From: the human T2T-CHM13v2.0 reference genome, Homo sapiens
Strand: one strand, 5' to 3'
Length of the DNA stretch: 64,000 nucleotides
Assembly (NCBI RefSeq): GCF_009914755.1
Contig: NC_060931.1
Made by a program: the position numbers and the translations under genes. Under the pieces are notes generated by a model. That model worked only from the letters and a program-made list of their open reading frames with translations. It was not told where the DNA came from and did not search any database. Positions 24,735 to 48,047 of the stretch are shown here, piece after piece (within the stretch, counting starts at the first letter, position 1; every line of letters starts with the position of its first letter).

Positions 24735-25036
24735 TTTTTTTCTTTTTTTTTGAGAAGGAGTCTTCTTGCTCTGTCGCCCAGGCTGGAGTACAGTGGCATG
24801 ATCTTGGGTCACTGCAACCTCCACCTCCGGGTTCAAGTGATTCTCCTGCTTCAGCCTCCTGAGTAGCTGGGGCTACAGGCATGTACCACCATGCCCGGCT
24901 AATTTTTTGTATTTTTAGTAGAGAAGGGTTTTCACCATGTTGGCCAGGCTGGTCTCGAACTCCTGACCTCAGGTGATCTGTCCACCCCAGCCTCCCAAAG
25001 TGCTGGGATTACAGGTGTGAGCCACCGCATCCAGCT
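24735..25036 (-). mobile_element. AluS
   Basis: Alu consensus. Confidence 0.92.
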
Positions 25037-26188
25037 GCACCTTGCTGTTTCATATCACAGAATCTAGCACTGGCAGCAAGGGAGGCTGCCCACCTCACTC
25101 TTTCTTTTTTAAGAAGTCCACTGTTCTGAGAGGTCAGAGCAACCTTTCATTTGCAAGCTCCCCATGTGTCCTGGAGAGGCTGTCTTTATATTTTAACATA
25201 TACCAACCAGAGATTAAGAAGTGACGCATGCCAGTCATGAAGGCTTACTGAAATTATGCCTGCTAATATTTTAAATGGCAGGAACGTTAGGCAGCACAAA
25301 AGGAATGTTAGTATTTCCAAAGCTTTTACCCAACTGAGGAGGTTTAAATTTACAGGAACATGTGCTAGAGATAAAGAAGTCCAAGGCAGTTGGCCAAGCT
25401 GTCTGCCACCCTGGTGTGCAGAAGGACAGGAGATCCTGTAATGAGAGAGAAGGAGTGGAAGCTGGAAGATGGACAGAGTGCCAGGGTTTGAGACCTGGCA
25501 TGGGCCTGAACTCACTTGAATCATTTTACTTGTAGAAAGAGGCTACAGGTTGGGTGCAGTGGCTCATGCCTGGAATCTCAGCACTTTGGGTGGCCAAGGT
25601 GGGAGGATCACTTGAGGTCAGGAGTTTGAGAACAGTCTGAGCAACATAGCAAGATCCCACCTCTAAAAGAGAGGCTGGGCTCCCTGGTCTGGACTGAGCA
25701 ATTTCTTTGGCGTTCTTAGAAATGAGCTACTTTGCAGCCCCATGCAGCCTTTCTTCAATGCATACATTAGGGTGCTGTGCGGCCCAGGTGAGGGGTGTCA
25801 CCTGGCTACATCCGTGGAGGGATCCTAACACCATCATTTGTGCGTCCAGTGTCATGACAGCCACTTCACTGTGCTTGTTTCTAGATGCTTCCAAACAGCC
25901 CTTCATGTATGGAATCATCCCTGTCGTGTAAATAGGAAATCTGGAACTCCCAGAGGTTGTACATTGCACCTGATGCCATTTGGCTACAATCCAAACTCTG
26001 GGAGCAGCTGGCACCAAAGCTACTATGCCACACTGCCTTCTAAGCTGCATTTCATCTGGAACCGCCATGGCTGGTGGGCCGAGCCTCTGAATGCTGCAAT
26101 TCAGGTTAATCACACAGACCTGCTGGAGCATGTGGGGCTGAGGGTTCCCTGCACCTCCCTTCTCTCCCCTGCTGTCTGGATCTCTCAC

Positions 26189-26262
26189 CTCGCTCCTGGT
26201 GGGCCTGAATTTGCCATGAGTGATCAAGAACCTGAGAGGCCTCTGATCTGCTCCATGCACAT
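26189..26262 (-). other. Candidate cryptic minus-strand exon (74 nt)
   Basis: Minus strand ttttgtttttcctggttggcacag| ... gag|gtgaga; no recognisable protein. Confidence 0.25.
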
Positions 26263-27022
26263 CTGTGCCAACCAGGAAAAACAAAAATCCTGATGAAAGA
26301 CCTGAGGTGCGAGTCAGGATTCACCATAACCGTACTGTGATCTCACCTTCTGAAAAGCTATTTTGTTCACCATAAGTAGGCAGTTTGACAATTGCTCAAT
26401 GTTTGGGTTCTACCCTGTATCCTGTACTAGTCAATGTCAGGGAAGGAAAGGTGCCTCGTCTCCAGGCATGTGGGCCCACAGCAGAGCAGAACAGGCTGGG
26501 GACTTGGGGTTCTTGGGCTCTTTCCGATGGGGGCTGAACACTGGTCATATTCTGACCTCTAGAGAGGGCAGAGGTGAACAGGCATGCACTCCGCACCTCA
26601 AGGCTTACATGAGGAGAATGAAGACACACACACAACTGAAATACCAGGCAGGAAATGAAATGTGCTGAAAGACAGGCACAGCTAGCCTACAATGGGAGCC
26701 TAAGGAATGAAAATCCCTCCTGGCTGGGTTGGGGGCACCTGAACTGGGTGATGTTTGCACACAGAGGGGTGAGTAGAGGTAAGGGGCTTTCCAGAAAGAG
26801 ACAAGACACAAACAGAAAGAAAAAAGAGGAGATCCAGAGATATAAACAAGGTGAAGCTGATGGAGTAAGCCACGTGGGAGAGGGAGCCAGCTCGGCCAGG
26901 CTCCTGGACCACCGAGGCCCCTGGAGGAACACAGCCACAGCCTGAGAGGGGGTTGGATGGCCACCAACTATGCAAAAGGTGTACAGAGACCGGACCAGGG
27001 TCTGCTTTAGGAAGGTCATGCC

Positions 27023-27210
27023 TTATATTTTATATATTTATATTATATATATATTATATATTTATATTTTATATATATTATATATATATATAATATTTAT
27101 AGTTTGTAGAGACAGGGGTCTCACTATGTTGCCCAGGGTTGTTCTGAACCCCTGGCCTCAAGTGATCCTCCCACCTTGGCCTCCCAAAGTGCAGGGATTA
27201 CAGGCCCAGC
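27023..27210 (-). repeat. (TA)-rich tract plus minus-strand Alu monomer
   Basis: Direct reading. Confidence 0.85.
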
Positions 27211-27852
27211 CTAGAACTAAACATCTTGTAACATGAAGCGAACTGCTGACTGGGAGTATTCAAGGAGACGGTAATACTTAATATCCCACATCATGCTAAA
27301 ACTGGGGTTGCAATGTAAGTTTCATGTAAGTGACATCTTGGCTGCCTTACTGCCTCACAAACACATCTCATTCAATGCCCATAGAAGCCCACGAGGCTGC
27401 AAACATGCCATCCCGGGGATGAGAAATCTGAGGCTGAAACTGCCTGGGGTGACCTAATGAAGTGGTGGGGCTGCACCAGAGCCCAGGCCCCTAACCCCGG
27501 GGAGAGCCCGAGTTCTATCCAAGGTGCAGGAGCCCCTTCCTACCTCCAGCTCAGACTCGAATCTGAGATCCCCTCTAATTCCAAGTGGCCTTGCAATAAA
27601 GCAAACAGTGAATGCCAGGCTGGCTCTCCAGCCCTGCTCTGGTCACCTTCTGAGCAGCTCCCTTTACTGAGTAACCTCCCTTTATTGTCATATTGTTTAT
27701 GTACAAGAAAACAACACATTCTGACAACAGAACAGTGGGGTGGGTTGGGGGGGTGGTCAGCACCAGGTGCTGGGCCTGGTGGGATGGGCTGTGCCTTGCC
27801 AGAGACCCCTGCCCCTTGTGGGGTCAAGGAGCCTCTCTCCAAGAGTCCCTCT

Positions 27853-30270
<2,418 letters not shown>

Positions 30271-30789
30271 AGGCCTTCCCTTAAATACTAACACTCACCC
30301 AACCCACCAGCATTCTTGCACATAAAACCCAACCAAATGAACATTTTACTGAGGGACCAACAATAGCATGAAGGCAAAAACCAGATGAGGTACACATTAA
30401 GCAATTCTGCACAATGGGCTGCAGCCTCAAGGTGCCCACAGGATCTGGTTATTTCTGGAGAAATCTAAAGCTGGGCCAGAGTGATTGATTAGACAAGAAT
30501 GTTTTCCAATGTCAATGGACATAAAATATACACATTGGTCTGCAAGTATGAAATTGTTTAAAAATCTTTAGAACTCAAGATGCAATCTTCCTTCCACAGG
30601 AGGTGGGTGAGAAAGAAGACTGGGTCAGACACATGCACTTGGGAAAACATTTGGAAGTGGTTTTGTGGACAAGTTGCCTGTGAGAGGCATGCAGAGTCTG
30701 ATTGCTATTTTAGTGCTAGCATCCAGAAACAAGCCTAATGCAGGGCAGTTGCTTTCCAAAAGAGCTAAACTAGGGTCTCTCTCTCTCTC

Positions 30790-31097
<308 letters not shown>

Positions 31098-31100
31098 TAG

Positions 31101-31101
<1 letters not shown>

Positions 31102-31141
<40 letters not shown>
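31102..31141 (+). repeat. (CA)n microsatellite
   Basis: About 20 AC units. Confidence 0.97.
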
Positions 31142-31145
<4 letters not shown>

Positions 31146-32633
31146 AAGCACCACTGACAAAACCAGGCCCTGGTTTGGGACAAAGGATTTCATTTTCTTC
31201 TGAGCCCTCAAACTTTAAAACCTATATATTTTTAAATGAGATCCAATTCAGTACCTTCATCTGTAATCTTAAACCAGTGGCCCAACTGTGTACCGGGCAG
31301 TGCAGACCGCTTTGGAAAGGTTTAATCTTGGAAGCAATTGGGCTGCAAGTGGCCCTGCTGCAGACGAGCCCATCATCCTCTGACAGGGGGTCTTTTCAGG
31401 CAATTTGTCAACAGCCTCAGCAGAGCAGAAGCAGCACTCAGACACTCTAATCATAGGGTGCTTCAAGGAGTGGTGGCAATCCTGCTTTCTAGATGCAGCC
31501 AACATCAATGAAAGAAAAGTCCACTTAACCAAGCTAGTGTATTTGCCAGAGGACTCAGACTGCAAAGGAGTCTTTCCAAGCTCACAGTCTATCAAGTTCA
31601 AAGGGCTATGCTTAGGCACAGCCTGCAGGCTCAGCTCATATGAAAAGGCTGGTAGGAAAGATAAAATTCAGCCAGGTGTACTGGCTCATGCCTGCAATCC
31701 CATCACTTTGGGAGGCTGAGGCAGGAGAATCGCTTGAGCCTAGGAATTTGAGACCAGCCTGCGCAACATAGCAAGACCCTGTCTTAAAAAAGAAGGTTAA
31801 AAAAAAGTTTTTAAAAGAAAGACAAAAATCCCTAGAGAGAGGCGGCAAGAGCTGCTGCTTCTAAAAGCACAGCCCAGCCACAGCCATGTGGACTCCAGAG
31901 CTGGCCCCTCCTGCTCCAGTGATCAGATTTCTTCCCCTCCCCTCCTGCTGGCCTTGGGACAGGATCTGGTGGCATGGGGGAGGCCAGCATTCTTCCTGCT
32001 GTCTGTCCTCTGCAAGCCAGGCTCCTGCCCAAGGAGGGAAATGCTGCAGAGGCACCCTACAGAAGTGTAGCCTGAGGGCCAAGAGGAAACTCCTGCTTCA
32101 AAGCCCGGCCATGAACCTGAGCACTCAGGGGCCTGTTTCTTGCCTGCCCTTGGCATAACAGCTCCTACTTGACAAAGGGAGGAAGAGAGAACTGGACACC
32201 TATGTTTGGAGGGAGGAAGCGACTTCCCGCCCAACACAGCATAGCATCCTCTCCAGGATCCTCTGCCCCAGCCAGAGCCTGCTCTGGCACTGGAGGCCAA
32301 GGCCGCTTTCTTGGTCCAAAAAAAAAAAAACACCATTTTTTTCACCAGTGACAGGTTCACCTTCAGAAAGGAAACCAGAAAACCCAAAAGCCCCTCTTTC
32401 TCTTCTTCCTCAAATGCTATCAGCCTGAGTGGGGTGTGGAAATACTACTTCTCCCCAAAACAGGCTGTGATGCTGGTGGACGAACATGACAGATGCCCTG
32501 CTGGCAGTCCTGCTGAAAAGCGATGGCTTGGAGAATCGCCCAGGCTGGGGAAGATGCCCAGGGTCTTAGATGGTTACCCCTGCCCAACCCTCAGGCAGGA
32601 CAGGAACTGGCTGTCTCCTCTCTGAGTCTTGAA

Positions 32634-33035
32634 ATCTACACTGCACACACCTGGCAAATGTGCACCTGCAGCTCAGGCACAGCCCTGCAATCCACACTGC
32701 ACACACCTGGTAAATGTGCACCTGCAGCCCAGGCACAGCCCTGCCATCCACACTGCACACACCTGGTAAATGTGTACCGGCAGCCCAGGCACAGCCCTGC
32801 CATCCACACTGCGCACACCCAGTACATGTGCAGCTGCGGCCCATGACAGCCCTGCCATTCACACTGCACGCACCTGGTAAATGTGTACCTGCAGCCTGGG
32901 CACAGTCCTGCCACCCACACTGCACAGACCTGGTAAATGTGTACCTGCAGCCCAGGCACAGCCCTGCAATCTGCACTGCACACACCCAGCAAATGTGCGC
33001 CTGCAGCCCAGGCACAGTCCTGCCATCTGCACTGC
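32634..33035 (+). repeat. Minisatellite, 56-bp unit, about 7.2 copies
   Basis: Unit atccacactgcacacacctggtaaatgtgcacctgcagcccaggcacagccctgcc starting at 32634, 32690, 32746, 32802 and onward. Confidence 0.95.
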
Positions 33036-33354
33036 GATGCCTACAGCAGTCTTTATGGAGGCTTATGATGGCACAGTACCCAGCTCTGTGCTAGATCCTG
33101 GGCTGTGGCAGGAGGGTACATAGCTCCACACTGGACTTTTGCTGAAGGTGCCCAGTTTAAGATACAGGCACTGAACCAAGTGACTGACACTTGGGGAGCT
33201 CATTCTCTGATGGCACAGGAACCCCTGAGACTCAGGAATATGAGTCAGGCCAGCAAGGACTGCTCTGTCGGTGCCCACAGGGCCCAGCAACACTGGGGTG
33301 GAGTCTGGAGTCAGCCTCTGATCCAACAGTGAAAGCTCTCTGAGATCACAATCA

Positions 33355-33907
<553 letters not shown>

Positions 33908-34384
33908 TCATTACACTGTCGTGGGGACCCCAGGGAGGCCCACACTACTGCTTTCCCCACTCTGGGGATGGGGAGAACCTGATTTGTCTTTGGTCCACAG
34001 GTAGTGAGCACAAGGGCCCAATTCAGGTCCAGATCGGGGTGCTGACAAGGACTGTGTTTGGGGCTGCTCCCATGCAGACACAGCCCCATGGACAGGCCCT
34101 GATAGGTGGTCAGAGGACACGAGACAAAAGCCAGGAAAGCAGCTCTAAGGGCTGGGATGGAGTGCACACGAGCACCAGGGAGCAATTCCCAGAAGGGCTG
34201 CCCTGCTAGGAGACTGCACAGGAATCTCCTAACAGAGGCCACGGTGCGCAGGAATACTGGAAGGGATGCGAGATTTCTATGGGCAGACACAGGGTGGAAG
34301 GGCATGTGTGTGGCCAGAGCAGAGGAGAAAGAGAAGACAGTCTGGAGCTGTATTTGACAAAGTCGCAAAATGAAAGAAGGTCAA

Positions 34385-34500
34385 TAAAGGGTGGGAGGAA
34401 GAGAGGAAGGAAGGGAGGGAGGGAAGGAAAAGAGGGAGGGAAGGAAACGTGGGAAGGATGGATGGAGGGAGGGAGAGAGAGAAATGAGGGAGGGAGGGGA
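34385..34500 (+). repeat. GA-rich low-complexity tract
   Basis: ggaa/ggga repeats. Confidence 0.85.
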
Positions 34501-34890
34501 GTCAAGCATAATTAAGGTTTTGCATTTTAGATCATGAATTCATTTTCTCCCTTGGAAACAACTGTGCGCCTGCCTCTGCCTCAGTACCACCACCCCCAGG
34601 TCTGTTCAGTGTCCCCTCCATGGTCACACCATGTTGGGCACAGACAAACCAGAAAAACACAACTTGCTATAACATGCCTGCACAGGGGGCCCGGCCACCT
34701 GGAGACGTGGGCTGTTGTCCACTCCCAAAGACCAGTGGGTTGGGGGTTGCAGGATAGCCAGCTGGGTTTGAGACAGGATCAGACTCTGGGGAGCCTTCTG
34801 GCCTGTGCCTGTGACCAGTACCCACCTGGAGCAAAGGATAGCAACACAGGAAGTATCTGCAGTCACTCTCCTGCCATCCACATGTGCACG

Positions 34891-35056
34891 CCTTTCTGGG
34901 TCCGTGGGGGTGGGGTAAGACATTCTCTTGTAACGAAAGTAACATATGTAACATATCTCTTCTCCCAGAAGGACCCTTTCTGGGTCCGTGGGGGTGGGGT
35001 AAGACATTCTCTTGTAACAAATGTAACATATGTAACATATCTCTTCTCCCAGAAGG
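34891..35056 (+). repeat. 84-bp tandem duplication (2 copies)
   Basis: cctttctgggtccgtgggggtggggtaagac...tctcccagaagg at 34891 and 34975; 2 mismatches. Confidence 0.95.
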
Positions 35057-35104
35057 TCAGATATTATCACCAAAATGTACCATATGCAGATGGTCCTGCA
35101 TCTC

Positions 35105-39685
<4,581 letters not shown>

Positions 39686-40483
39686 ACTGATATTTTTAAA
39701 AGATGCAGACGTCACAGAAATAAAAATCCAATACATAGGCTAGATGGCTATGAATTCTAGCAGAAGTTGGTCAACAAAACAGAGAAACACACGTCTGCCA
39801 TGAGCCCTGGTTTCTCTTGCACACATTTTAGCTGGTGTCCCAGATCCCATCTGCTATGCTGCCCATGATGGTGGTAGTGCAGGGGGACCTACAAAGCTTC
39901 GTTTCAAACACTGCTTGTGTTTTGACAGCCTTTTTCTTTTGTACGGTGTTTTTAAAGAAGTGAAACTAGAAGTACTGGGTCTCATAAGCCGCCTGAGGGA
40001 AGGGTTTCCCTTCTGAACCTGTGGGTCGGGGGCTAGGGAGAGATGCTGCCTCAGTAGCAGCCCCTGGCTGACCTGACAAGACTTCTGTGTCTATGGGCGC
40101 TGGTTCAAATCCCAGGGTAGGTTTAAAAAGCATTTACGAGGCTCCGTAAAGATGCAGAAATACATACTCGAGAGGAAAAGAGAATTTCAGAACTCTCCTG
40201 TGGCTTTTATCTTATCAGACTACAACTGGCCAACATCTGCCACTGCACTTTACCCCCAGCGATTTGAGCGGCGCTGTGAGGTGCAGATGCAAAGGGCTCA
40301 GAGCCAGGGGAGAATCACAGAAGACACACAGCCCAGTGGTCCTCCCTGACCATGGAAGGGGATGTAGGAGAATCCTGGGCTCATAGTACTGACATTTAGC
40401 AGCCACTGTAGGTTTTGGTCTTGTCTCACAAGTGTTTTCCCCATTTACCTCAGGTACTTTTTTGTTTTAAAGAGTTGGAGTCT

Positions 40484-41099
<616 letters not shown>

Positions 41100-42119
41100 T
41101 AACATGAAACCTTTTACTCAAATATTTATCTACAATGGAGTCTCTCCGGAGTCAAGCCATGTCTCCACCGTGGTGAGGCCATCAATTCATTTAAAGTGGT
41201 TTCCCAGAGCAAAAGCTGCACCTATGTGCAAGTGATGCCCACACTGAGTGTGTATGGACAGACTTCAGGTGTCTTCTATCAGGTGGGTTCCTGCTCCAGG
41301 CCCACCTTGTCCATGAGGCTAACAGGGGTGACCTTAGCATGTGCCCACCCCTCTGTACACCTAGAATCCAAGGGGTGGGATGGACAGGTGTAGGAGCAGG
41401 AAACAAGTGTGTGGTCCAGCTGGAGGAGACGGTCTTGGGGTCAGAACATCTGTACCACCTTCAGAATTCTCCCCAACTCCCTGCAAAAGTCCCGGTGAGA
41501 ACCTCACCAGTCTCAGCTTCCATCCAATGTCAGGGCTGAGCTCTCCACCTCCGTGGTGACTTCGAGCTCTTAAATGCCAGGACCTTAGGTTAAAATTCAC
41601 ACCAGATCACAGTGAAGCAGAGGAACGTTCCACTTGGGTTTGAATTTGGGCTCTGGGACCTTCCATGGGGGCTTAGAGACTTTCCTAACATTTTCCATCT
41701 GTGAAATCCAGGGATTATTAAGCTACCCCAGCGGGATGCTAGAGGCTGAGCTGAAATCATAGCTGACCAGTGCTGCGTACTGAGCCTCAGCACATGGTCA
41801 GGCATGCCTGCTATTTTGATTGCTAGCACTGGTCAGTGCAGACAACGTCCCAGGCGAGGTGCCAGTGGGGACACATGGAACCAGATACCACCAGAGCTCT
41901 CTGGTTCTGCAGTCATGTGGAAGATGGAGGCCTGCACGCTACATAGTTGGGCAGGACGAGGTGACACCAGTGCTGCGAAAACAGGAAGGAAGGGGGCTGA
42001 GGGCTGGGAAGTTTCTTGGAGAGGCAGGCCCCTTAGCCGAGCCTTGGAGGATGAGCAGAATATGATGGAATGAGGAAGCCTTGCTTCCAGTAGGGGGTTT
42101 GAGTGTCCTTCCCCCACAG

Positions 42120-42866
<747 letters not shown>

Positions 42867-42956
42867 TCATCAGCTCTGGGCAAATCACCTGTCTTTGCCT
42901 GTATTGATTCATCCACCATCCCCAAAAGCACAGAGGAAGATGGGGGAAAGTGTAAA

Positions 42957-43430
42957 CCTTGTGGCAGCTCGCCGGCGCATGCGCGCTCCAGGAAGACCCA
43001 GCAGCCCCGCCTCGAGTTCCAATTGGCTGCGCGTGGCGGCCGGTCCGATGTGACGCCATAGGGGCGCGCCCTCGGTGACGTGTTAGGGCGCGACTTCGGT
43101 GACGTCTTAGGGCGCGACTTCGGTGACGTCTCAGAGGCGCGCCTTCGGCAACGTCATACACGCTGGCCTTCCGCGACGCCACAGACGCGCGCTTTCAGCG
43201 ACGTCACAGGGGCGATATAGTACCTGGAGCTGGTCAGTCTCCTCAGAGTCGAGCCTGGTAACCGCGACCTCCTCTCCAGGTCCTGTGTATTCCTGGCTGG
43301 AGAAGGGTAGTTGACAAACTCCCACCCAGCACAGTGTGTATGTCCGTCAAAAATAGGAAACTGTGTCCGGTGGCGGCGGACGCGAGAGGATCCTTTCGGG
43401 CCAAGAGCAGCCTGTTAACCTGGCGCGACC
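42957..43430. promoter_or_regulatory. CpG-island promoter, copy 1 (CpG-rich, likely active and possibly bidirectional)
   Basis: Dense CpG; NRF1 palindrome GCGCATGCGC 42975-42984; GGAAG; GC box ccccgcc about 43005; CCAATTGG 43019-43026; multiple TGACG CRE half-sites. Confidence 0.8.
43062..43158 (+). repeat. 24-bp tandem repeat in promoter (3 near-identical units plus 1 degenerate unit)
   Basis: Units of gggcgcgacttcggtgacgtctta start at 43062, 43086 and 43110; degenerate unit at 43134. Confidence 0.9.
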
Positions 43431-43915
43431 CCATCTCTTTAGTCCCACCTCAGCTTCCCAGCTACTTGAACCCCGCAAGGTTCAAGGCTCCAATGAGCTA
43501 TGATCCCACCACAACACTCCAGTCTGCGAGACTGAGGTAACCCCTGTCTAAAAAAGTAAAAAAGGAAACTATCCAAGTGTGCAACAGGGAGGGACTGCTT
43601 AAAGAAAACATGAGGCTAGTTGGGCCCACTTATCCCAGCACTTTGGGAGGCCGAGGCAGGAGGATGGCTTGGGCTCCGGCGTTCGAGACCAGCCTGGGCA
43701 ACATGACAAAACCCCGTCTCTACAAAAGGTACAAAAATTAGCTGGGGGCGGTGCACACCTGGCCTGATTTTTGTATTTTTTGTAGCGATGGGGGTCTTGC
43801 TGTGTTGCCCAGGGCGGTCTCAAACTCCTGGGTTGCTGATATTCTCACCTTGGCCTTTAGACTTGTAGGGATTACAGGCGTGAGCCACTGTGCCCTGCCT
43901 GGGTTATGCTATTTA

Positions 43916-44155
<240 letters not shown>

Positions 44156-45812
44156 TCAGTTCTTCCCCAGGTGATCAGCCCAGGGGTAAGGAAGAAGAGG
44201 CCGGAAAAGAGGACCCATGAGAAGGGCCCCCTCCTGGAGTTTGAGGCCCACTCCCTCCTGCCCCGGCCTCTCCTCTGTCCCACTCCCTGCTCTGCCCCAC
44301 TCCTGTAGCCATGGCAATGGGGGGCTGCATTTGAGTACAGGCCCCAGCAGCAGCCCTAAGCCAAAAGTGGGCAGGCTCACCTGCAGGGGATCAGAGTAAC
44401 ATGGCAGGAAGTAAGGGTGAAAGCCGCCCTGGAACCGTGCCTCTCTGCCCCATCACATCACTCGTGTGCACTCCTCCCTCACCTTACTCAGGCAGCAGCA
44501 TCATGAGTTCAATGGGAGTGATGTCCTGCTCCCTCTGCTGCCTCTTTTTAGTTTTGGGCTACCATAACACTTTCCCTTCCCCAGCCCTGCCAACCTGGTG
44601 GGCCATTGGGCTTCCCTCTCCCAGGGTCCTGGGGACAGACCTGTCCTGTATCATACTCACAGAGAGACCCTTTTTTTTTTCCAGGGCTTGAGGATCAGCC
44701 AGGTTTCATGAGTTAAATGCAGATCTGAATCATACCAAGCTGAGATTGGGGTACACACTCTCCTCTACTGAAAAGTAGTGAGGGATTCCAACTTCGTGAG
44801 AGGGAGAGTGGGGCAGAACCAGGTGGGGTTTTTGTTGTTGTTGTTGAGATAGAGCCTCACTCTGTCACCTAGGCTGGGGTGCAGTGGCACAATCTTGGCT
44901 CACTGCAAACTCCGCCCCACCCTGGGTTCAAACAGTTCCCATGTCTCAGCCTCCTGAGTAGCTGAGATTATAGGCATGTGCCACCACCCCCAGCTAATTT
45001 TTGTATTTTTTTTAGAGACGGGGTTTTACCATGTTGGCAAGGCTGGTCTCCAATTCCTGACCTCAAGTGATCCACCCACCTGGGCCTCACAAAGTGCTGG
45101 GATTACGGGCATGACCACCATGCCCAGCCCCTTCAAGTGGGTGTTGAGGCTTCAGTACAATACTAGTTTCCGTGGCTACTGCAACAAATTACCACACAGT
45201 AACTGTCAGTGCTTTTTATAAGGTGAAACAGATTATCTTGTGGGGCTTTTGTTGTGATGGTGATTTGTTAGATTAGTTTAAAGACAGTAATGTGCAGGTG
45301 TTGAAAATTATAAAAACAATCTTCACATTTCATATTTTTTTTGAGACAAAGTTTTGCACTTGTTCAGGCTGGAGTTGCAATCTCAGCTCACCACAACGTC
45401 CGCCTCCCAGATTCAAGAGATTCTCCTGCCTCAGCCTCCCAAGTTGCTGGGACTACAGGGGTGCGTCCCACGCCCAGGTAATTTTTGTACTTCAGTAGAG
45501 ACGGGGTTTCACCATGTTGGCCAGGATGGTCTTAATCTCTTGACTTTGTGATCTGCCTGCCTCGGACTCCCAAAGTGCTGGGATTACAGGTGTGAGCCAC
45601 CCCTCAGCCCACATTGTATAACTTTAAAGCAGTATTAATGGTAATTGCCTTAGGGAAAGATACTTTTGTTGTGATATATAAGTATTATATTCAAGTATAT
45701 TGTACAGCAAAGGATGTTAAACCTAAGTCAGCATTAATGTATTATATGGTACACTTAAAACTTTAGTACAAATATTCGTGTTTAGCAAATTGACCTTAAC
45801 ACATAATGATAG

Positions 45813-46199
<387 letters not shown>

Positions 46200-46316
46200 T
46201 AGCTGTTATATTATTTTAATTTTAAGTAAATGTTAGCTGAAATGATACAGTTCAGGAGAATCTTCTTCTGTTACTGAAAAAAATCATATTTATAAGTCTA
46301 ATAAGGTTATACACTA

Positions 46317-46655
<339 letters not shown>

Positions 46656-46742
46656 TTACCTCTTCCATTTAGTGCTATATGTATTAAATAATATTAGCTG
46701 GTATGTTTTTCTGGCTTTATAATGTGGTTCAGATTTCTGTAG

Positions 46743-46910
<168 letters not shown>

Positions 46911-47065
46911 TGAGTAGCTGGGATGACAGGCACCTGCCACAACACCTGGCTAATTTTTGTATGTTTAGTAGAGACAGGGTTTCACCATATTGGCCAGGCT
47001 GGTCTTGAACTCCTGACTTCATGATCTGTCTGCCTCAGCCTTCCAAAGTGTTGGGATTACAGGAG

Positions 47066-47219
47066 TGAGCCACTGCACCTGGCACCTGTGACCAATATTA
47101 TTTCTAAGATCTAGAATGCATTTATTACTGAAACAATGCTGACATACACTGCACCTAAAAAGGAAGAACTAGACATTCATTAAAGCTAGGAAAAAGCAGA
47201 ATTCAGTGTGCTCAAGAAC
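47066..47219 (-). repeat. Inverted copy of about 58556-58709 (GTF2I-derived intron plus Alu head)
   Basis: 47066-47219 is the reverse complement of gttcttgagcacactgagttctgc...gttacaggtgccaggtgcggtggctca. Confidence 0.88.
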
Positions 47220-48047
47220 TGCTCCCATGGACAGGTACAATGGCTCATGCCTGTACTCCCAGCACTTTGGGAGGCTGAGGCGGGAGTATTCCTTGAGGCT
47301 GAGTTCAAGATCAGCCTGGGCAACACAGCAAGACCCCATATCTTTTTTATTTTTTAGACATGGTCTCACCTTGTCATCCAGGTTGGCGTGCAGTGGTATG
47401 ATCTTGACTCACTACAGTCTGCAGGCCTCCTAGGCTCAAGTGATCCTCCCACCTCAGCCTCCCTAGTAGGAGGGACAACAGGTGTGTGTCACCACATCTT
47501 GCTAACCATCTCTATTAAAAAAAAAAAGTGGCCAAGCACAGTGGTTCACACCTGTAATCCCAGCACTTTCGGAGGCTGAGGTGGGAGGACCGCCTGAGGT
47601 CGAGAGTTTGAGACTAGCCTGGCTAACATGGTAAAACCCCGTCTCCAGTAAAAATACAAAAATTAGATGTGTGTGGTGGCAGGCGCCTGTAGTCTCAGCT
47701 ACTCGGGAGGCTGAGGCAGGAGAATCACTTGAACACAGGAGGTGGAGGTTGCATGAGCCGAGATCGTGCCACCGCACTGCAGCCTCGGCAACAGAGTGAG
47801 ACTTTCTCTCCAAAAATGACTAAACTAGGAGTCACACAGCCTGAGAGCAGGCTTCTACTGATCAGCTCTGGGCAAATCACCTATCTGTGCCTGTATTTAT
47901 TCATCCACAATCCCCAAAAGCTCAGAGGAAGTTGAGGGAAAGTGTAAATCTCTAGATAAGGGCAGGACATGTCTGCTGCAGCCTTGAATCTGGGACTCCC
48001 CGTGGGGTGAGGGGCCCCCTGAGGCCATCTGTCCTTTGCACTCCCAG

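Noticed and set aside
25727-26293. Overlapping 185-aa and 151-aa ORFs in unique sequence
   Set aside because: No similarity I can recognise, non-ATG starts, and ORFs on both strands, consistent with chance.
32634-33035. CRISPR-like array
   Set aside because: Contiguous tandem units with no unique spacers, in eukaryotic DNA.
32523-33123. Cys/His-rich repetitive ORFs
   Set aside because: Translations of the 56-bp minisatellite; the unit is not a multiple of 3.
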